From: a virus
Taxonomy: Duplodnaviria; Caudoviricetes
Reading direction: 5' to 3' (one strand)
Length of the DNA: 64,000 nucleotides
Virus record (IMG/VR): IMGVR_UViG_2718218393_000006
Coordinates: 46,356-110,355 of that record
Part shown: positions 59,317-64,000 of the stretch, piece by piece
Numbering within the stretch: position 1 is the first letter of the stretch
Layout: each line of letters starts with the position of its first letter
The notes under the pieces: model-generated
Seen by the model: only the letters and a program-made list of their open reading frames with translations
Database searches by the model: none
What the model was told of the DNA's origin: nothing
Position numbers and translations under genes: made by a program

Positions 59317-60329
59317 CCCAACTGGCGGACTCGCAGAGCGGGCGCGGCCCATACGGCGTAGACGCCGACTATTTCCACCGCCAACTGCCGCGCATCATCC
59401 TGGGGCTGGAAAACTTCAGGCCGGCAGAACTGGCGCGTGAGTTCGCCCGCATGGCGATATCCGCAGACGCCGCCGCGGCCCGCGACGAACTGTTGCCGGC
59501 CACCAAGCATAGTGGCAATTCCAGAGACGAAGTATTGTGCATGGCCGCTCAGATGGCACTGGACTACATCGCCAGGATCCACGGCGCGCCAGCGAGGGAT
59601 GATCTGGAGCTTGAGTCAGCATACGTCACACTCAGCCTAATGCGCGCCCTGGATCCCTACATGTCGGCCGCTGGAAAAGACCGCAATCGACAAACCCATG
59701 AAACCATCTGCGCTCTTTACAACGCCGGACGTTGTATCGACCTCCAGCAGCCCGCGCCGGCGATGACGCAAGTCGAACTTGACGTCATAGCAAACCTGGT
59801 CGAGTTGACCAGGTTCGTCACCCTGGCGATGGATGATAGCGAGGAGGAAGGACGGGTACACCTGATCGACTCCGACAATTTCGACTTTATCAGTGCCCAG
59901 CTGGATGGGCTGGATGAATTACCGGACGACAAGCCCGGCTACACACTCGGGCCGGCTGGTAAGGCGGAATGGGCTTTGCGCCGCTTGCTCGCCGCCGCGC
60001 CGCAGCTGGCCCAGCCCCAGCAGCCTGCCGTGATCGAAGAGATCGCCGCCGAGCGCCGGCGGCAGATCGAGGTCGAGGGATGGACGCCTGAGCATGATGA
60101 CCAGCACACCGGCGGACAGCTGGCAGATGCGGCATCGTGCTACGCGCGGCTGGGTGCTGGATGGTCTATCGGGGCATCTCATCGCTGGTGGCCATTCGAT
60201 TCACCTAGGCTGAATCCCGGAACGCGCCGCCAAAATTTGGTTAAAGCCGGCGCGCTAATTGTGGCCGAGTTGGAGCGGATCGACCGTGCCGCCGCGCCGC
60301 AGCCGAAGGAAGGGAGCAGCCATGACTGA
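59304..60329 (+). CDS. Mosaic hypothetical phage protein
   Basis: GGAGG RBS; C-terminal ERRRQ..EGW.PEHDD...LVKAGALI.AE.ER module. Confidence 0.65.
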   Translation: MQPLTQLADSQSGRGPYGVDADYFHRQLPRIILGLENFRPAELAREFARMAISADAAAARDELLPATKHSGNSRDEVLCMAAQMALDYIARIHGAPARDDLELESAYVTLSLMRALDPYMSAAGKDRNRQTHETICALYNAGRCIDLQQPAPAMTQVELDVIANLVELTRFVTLAMDDSEEEGRVHLIDSDNFDFISAQLDGLDELPDDKPGYTLGPAGKAEWALRRLLAAAPQLAQPQQPAVIEEIAAERRRQIEVEGWTPEHDDQHTGGQLADAASCYARLGAGWSIGASHRWWPFDSPRLNPGTRRQNLVKAGALIVAELERIDRAAAPQPKEGSSHD

Positions 60330-60618
60330 AATAGTAGGGGAAAAGGAAGCACTACGTCGCCTTTATGCAGCCCTAAACAGTCCGTGGAAAGCCGGGCCGA
60401 AGTGGGCGACATATCAGAGACAGACCGTCGAGGCCGCCCTTGATGTGATCAAACAGCTTCACGACGCCGCGCCGCTGCCGGCCCAGCAACGCACGATCAC
60501 CGACGACGAACTGCTTGATGCGTTTTGGCCTCATGTTGAAGTGCAGCGCACTGGCACGATTCGCGGGCTGGTCGATGGACTACGTGCTGTCGAGAAGCTG
60601 GTGGCACCGCAGCCGTAG
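60322..60618 (+). CDS. Hypothetical phage protein
   Basis: GGGAG RBS. Confidence 0.5.
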   Translation: MTEIVGEKEALRRLYAALNSPWKAGPKWATYQRQTVEAALDVIKQLHDAAPLPAQQRTITDDELLDAFWPHVEVQRTGTIRGLVDGLRAVEKLVAPQP

Positions 60619-60632
60619 GAAAGGGGTGAGTG

Positions 60633-60785
60633 ATGGCCGTCTACGTTGACGACATGCGAGCCAACTACGAAGGAGACCCAGCAACGTTAACGTGGGAATC
60701 GCCTGCTATTTTCAGGGGAGTGGAGGCTGAAACTAATTTAATTGCCGCACATGGCTTATATAGATTTCCAAGCCATGCGCGGTAA
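60633..60785 (+). pseudogene. Truncated DUF4031-like gene remnant
   Basis: Starts MAVYVDDMR, then the sequence turns AT-rich after about 12 codons. Confidence 0.45.
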
Positions 60786-60794
60786 TAATTAATT

Positions 60795-61445
60795 TTAACG
60801 GCCGCCGAATTTGAACGTGTAGTAGGCGCTGATCGCGGTTGTCGATCTGCCGGGATTATATTCAATGATGTAATCGTTGCCAAATGTCAAAGGGCTATCT
60901 GTCACAATGACAATGGAGCCCCTGCTGTCGTTGCTCGGGACCGGGGTATGCTGCACTGCTTGGCCGGGAGAAACAACTTGGCTGCCATTAAATAAGTATA
61001 TCCAGTCGAGGCTTCGGTTCGGCGTATTGCCATCGGGAGTAGAGTACTGGACAGTGAGATAGGTTTTCCCATCTTGGTTCTTCTGGTTGGTTACGATCAA
61101 TGTTGTTACTTCGGATTTCAAGTATTGCCCATTGACCAATACTACAGTGGCGCAAATGGAATCGTTGCCGGTGTTGTTATTCACGATAAAACCGACCGTG
61201 TACGGTCCGTCGTTAAAGTCGTAGCCTTGAACCGTGAGAGTTACCTCTCCCTCAAGATCTGTTGCCGCTGCTATTGCAACTGGGTTGCCAGTAGCCTGAA
61301 ACCCTGGCCATATACCAATCCTAGAATCCCTGGATGCGGAAATGGCCTTGTAGCTTGCCTTGACCGAGACCGTACTGGTGACAACCGTGTTGTAAACACG
61401 TGTACTTCCCATCACTGTTGAAGCCTTTTCGAAAATATCGCTCAT
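60795..61445 (-). CDS. AT-rich moron, beta-strand-rich hypothetical protein
   Basis: GGGAG RBS; very AT-rich upstream region at 61500-61715. Confidence 0.7.
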   Translation of the reverse strand: MSDIFEKASTVMGSTRVYNTVVTSTVSVKASYKAISASRDSRIGIWPGFQATGNPVAIAAATDLEGEVTLTVQGYDFNDGPYTVGFIVNNNTGNDSICATVVLVNGQYLKSEVTTLIVTNQKNQDGKTYLTVQYSTPDGNTPNRSLDWIYLFNGSQVVSPGQAVQHTPVPSNDSRGSIVIVTDSPLTFGNDYIIEYNPGRSTTAISAYYTFKFGGR

Positions 61446-61755
61446 TTCCCACTCCCAAAGTTAAGTATGGAATATTTACGCATCACCAATGAGGCTGAGG
61501 CGTAATGGGATTTTATAGTTAATTTATTTATTTGCTTGTGTATTTGAGGTGGAAATTCTGGCAAAAAGAACTGCATTTGTTAAAGTAGGAATCAAATATT
61601 TATTTATGATTAGAGATTTATCGAATCGCGAGGTGTATTTAGAAATTATTCTAATTAGGCTGATCGACTTTAAGTCTAGGTTAATATTACCATGAGAATT
61701 ATATAGTTTCATGCTTAGGCCGCCTTAGAGCGGACCTTTCTATTTGGAGAAATCA

Positions 61756-62391
61756 ATGCAACTGATAGGCCTAGCCGGGCCTCTGAAGTCCGGCAAAGAC
61801 ACCATCGCCGACTACCTCGTCGCCAGGCACGGCTTCGTGAAGGTCGGTTTCGCGGACAAGATCAGGGAGGAGCTGCAGACCATTGCATTCCCCTCTGCTT
61901 GGCATGACTTCACAAACCAAGACATCAAGGAGAATATTGATCCCGCTTTGGCGATTATGTTTTGCGCTGATCATGCATTTGTCGCCTGGCTTGTGCATCG
62001 GAAAATACTCGAACACTCAGCAAGCGACTATCGCTATGCCCGATCTCCCCGCTGGCTCCAGCAGCAGTGGGGCGACTACCGCCGCGCGACGGCCGGCTGG
62101 GACTATTTCATCTGCGCGGTGCGCGAGCGCATCGAGGCATCAACGGCGCCGGTTGTCGTGTCCGGCCTACGCAATGCCGCAAGCGCCCCGATCCCGACCG
62201 CCGAGGCCGATTTGATCCGGCAGCTGGGCGGCTGGGTCTGGCACATCGACCGGCCAGGCTTCGAGGCGTCAGCCGAGCACACGACAGAAATCGCCCTACC
62301 GCGCCACGCGCGCGACCTCACCATCGACAACGACAGCGACGTCGAGGCACTGCTCGAAGTCGTCGACCTGACCATCGGGGCACTGGCATGA
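61756..62391 (+). CDS. Deoxynucleoside monophosphate kinase-like protein
   Basis: IGLAG...SGKDT, FADKI, SPRWLQQ.WG, H..E. Confidence 0.8.
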   Translation: MQLIGLAGPLKSGKDTIADYLVARHGFVKVGFADKIREELQTIAFPSAWHDFTNQDIKENIDPALAIMFCADHAFVAWLVHRKILEHSASDYRYARSPRWLQQQWGDYRRATAGWDYFICAVRERIEASTAPVVVSGLRNAASAPIPTAEADLIRQLGGWVWHIDRPGFEASAEHTTEIALPRHARDLTIDNDSDVEALLEVVDLTIGALA

Positions 62392-62579
62392 AGCAGAACA
62401 CCCCGCTCACGAAAAGGCCGCCCACGTTGGCGGCCTTGTTGTTTCCGCAAGCCGTGCCGGAGAGTATGCGCGCCCTGCCCTCTACCCTCCATCTGGAGCG
62501 GCACAACAAGGGCCAGTCGTTCAGCCCGGCGCACTGGCCGCGAAAGCACTCATCGCAAGAAATGATATAAGGAGGGAAA

Positions 62580-62843
62580 ATGGATAACCAGATCGCCTAC
62601 CTTCCCATTACTTGGGTCCGAGCTGACATGTATTGCCGTTGCACAGGCGAGCCCATGGACGCCGTTTCGGTCAGAATACGAGAAGGCCATTGGGCAGCCG
62701 GCAAGCATTATAAACGCACGGCGCAGCGCGTTCTTTGGATCAATTTGATAGAGGCAGCAAAATGGGTCGAGCAACAGCCGAACGTCGAAGGAGTCTTCCA
62801 GAAGGGGTCGAAGTCCGGGAAGGATCGCGAGGAAGCAGCATAA
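62580..62843 (+). CDS. xis: Excisionase
   Basis: Small basic protein (YC..TG...G.W..GKHY...WIN) overlapping the int start. Confidence 0.75.
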   Translation: MDNQIAYLPITWVRADMYCRCTGEPMDAVSVRIREGHWAAGKHYKRTAQRVLWINLIEAAKWVEQQPNVEGVFQKGSKSGKDREEAA

Positions 62844-64000
62844 GAATCAGCTTTATCTGGAATGGCGAGCGGCGCAAGGAATCACTAAAAATCGAAGCGA
62901 CTGCATCAAATATCAAGTATGCATCCAGATACCGCAGTGAGGTACTTAATGCGATTGAGCGCGGCACCTTCGATTACGCCAGATTCTTTCCAAAATCCTC
63001 CGAGGCTCGCAAGTCAGGAACCCCAAAACGCCAAACATTCCAAGCAGCATGGGATGCCTATATTGATGGAGCCAAAAAACTCGCCATCCTCTCCCCCTCC
63101 TCAATACTGAGCATGAAGAAATGGGCAAAGGCCCGAGTGCTTCCGAAATGGGGAGATTACAAACTCAATGAAATATCAACACCCGACCTGCGGGATTGGA
63201 TTATATCCCTAAATGAGTCCCTGTCTTCCAAGTCGATTAAAAGCTGCGTTGGTATCGTCTCTAATATCCTGTCACAAGCGGCGACAGACCAGCTCATTCC
63301 AAATAATCCACTTGATCCCATAAAACTCAGGACTGTTATTGCGAGAAAACAAAAGCCAACGGAGGATGAGGCGGACCCATTCAATGACGAAGAGGTGAAA
63401 GCGCTTTTAACGGCTTGCAAATCGACCGAATATAGGTCGCTTATTCAGTTCGCTTTTAGCACTAGCCTTAGAATCGGCGAACTTATCGCTCTAAAGTGGG
63501 AGCATATAGACGAATCCAGGGGGATGATTCAGGTCCGTGACAATGCCGTCGACTCAGAAGAAGGGCTAGTCGAAAAAGGAACAAAGACGAATCGAGTCAG
63601 AGAGGTGCCGCTACTCCCTGCCGCCAGGGATGCCATAGCCTCAATGAAGCCTATTACCAGGCTTCTAGCCATCGGCGGATACATCTTCATAAATCCAAAC
63701 ACACGTCGGCGCTGGAGCGGCGAGAGAACATTGATCGATCACTGGAGAAAGGTCGTCACTGCCTCAGGCATCCGATACCGCAATCCTTATCAGACCAGGC
63801 ACACCTTTGCATCAAAGCTCTTGCTCTCAGGGGAGCCTGAGCTTCTTGTGGCCAAGCTACTTGGGCACACGACAGTGGAAATGGTCCGCAGGCACTATGG
63901 CAGATATATAAAGTCGGCAGATGGCCTCAAGCTTGCTGGGGAATATGATGAGTTTGGCCGGATTGACGAAACGCCCCGCCAGCGCCCCAAGTTGGCATAA
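62762..64000 (+). CDS. int: Tyrosine integrase with an arm-binding N-domain
   Basis: LRIGELIALKW (R), KGTKT, YQTRHTFAS, LLGH, HY. Confidence 0.95.
   Translation: MGRATAERRRSLPEGVEVREGSRGSSIRISFIWNGERRKESLKIEATASNIKYASRYRSEVLNAIERGTFDYARFFPKSSEARKSGTPKRQTFQAAWDAYIDGAKKLAILSPSSILSMKKWAKARVLPKWGDYKLNEISTPDLRDWIISLNESLSSKSIKSCVGIVSNILSQAATDQLIPNNPLDPIKLRTVIARKQKPTEDEADPFNDEEVKALLTACKSTEYRSLIQFAFSTSLRIGELIALKWEHIDESRGMIQVRDNAVDSEEGLVEKGTKTNRVREVPLLPAARDAIASMKPITRLLAIGGYIFINPNTRRRWSGERTLIDHWRKVVTASGIRYRNPYQTRHTFASKLLLSGEPELLVAKLLGHTTVEMVRRHYGRYIKSADGLKLAGEYDEFGRIDETPRQRPKLA
63972..63993 (+). promoter_or_regulatory. Putative integrase arm-type sites (right)
   Basis: CGCCCC-GCCA-GCGCCCCAAGTT, matching 1143-1165. 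Confidence 0.6.

Larger units (their letters stand above)
1027..64000. mobile_element. Temperate siphovirus-like prophage integrated at tRNA-Ser; right att lies just beyond the window
   Basis: Complete set of lysis, tail, head, packaging, replication, immunity, recombination and xis/int modules; att core at the left; matching arm-type repeats at both ends. Confidence 0.9.

Overview
Almost the whole window (about 1027-64000) is one apparently intact, GC-rich temperate siphovirus-like prophage. The host is probably a betaproteobacterium such as Chromobacterium; this is inference only. The left end is the 3' half of a tRNA-Ser(UGA) acting as an att core (969-1026). The right end is xis plus a tyrosine integrase, and the same tandem GCGCCCCAAGTT arm-type motifs occur at both ends. 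Bases 1-968 are the end of a second integrative element stacked in the same tRNA (N-terminus of a XerC/D-like recombinase and CCGTGG repeats). Module order from left to right: plasmid-like cargo (ParF/ParG-like pair with an 8-bp-period centromere-like array, WGR, Nuc/PLD, umuDC, SRAP); lysis; lambda-like tail tip (J, I, K, L, M), tape measure and a G/GT frameshift; neck, P22-coat-like capsid, portal and terminase; AT-rich morons; nin/replication region with iterons inside the initiator gene; a 6-kb expanded immunity region; early genes (Sak4, SSB, RsaL-like, RdgC, C5 methylase, dNMP kinase); xis-int. The two most interesting loci are both in the immunity region. (1) A phage LuxR-type AHL receptor is followed by an 18-bp lux-box-like palindrome and a small Cys/His-rich ORF that converges on a repressor lacking an autocleavage domain, a candidate quorum-sensing-controlled lysis switch. 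(2) An orphan AT-rich ParA-like ATPase is preceded by 5.5 tandem 28-bp repeats. All product calls come from reading motifs and synteny by eye; no database search was run.
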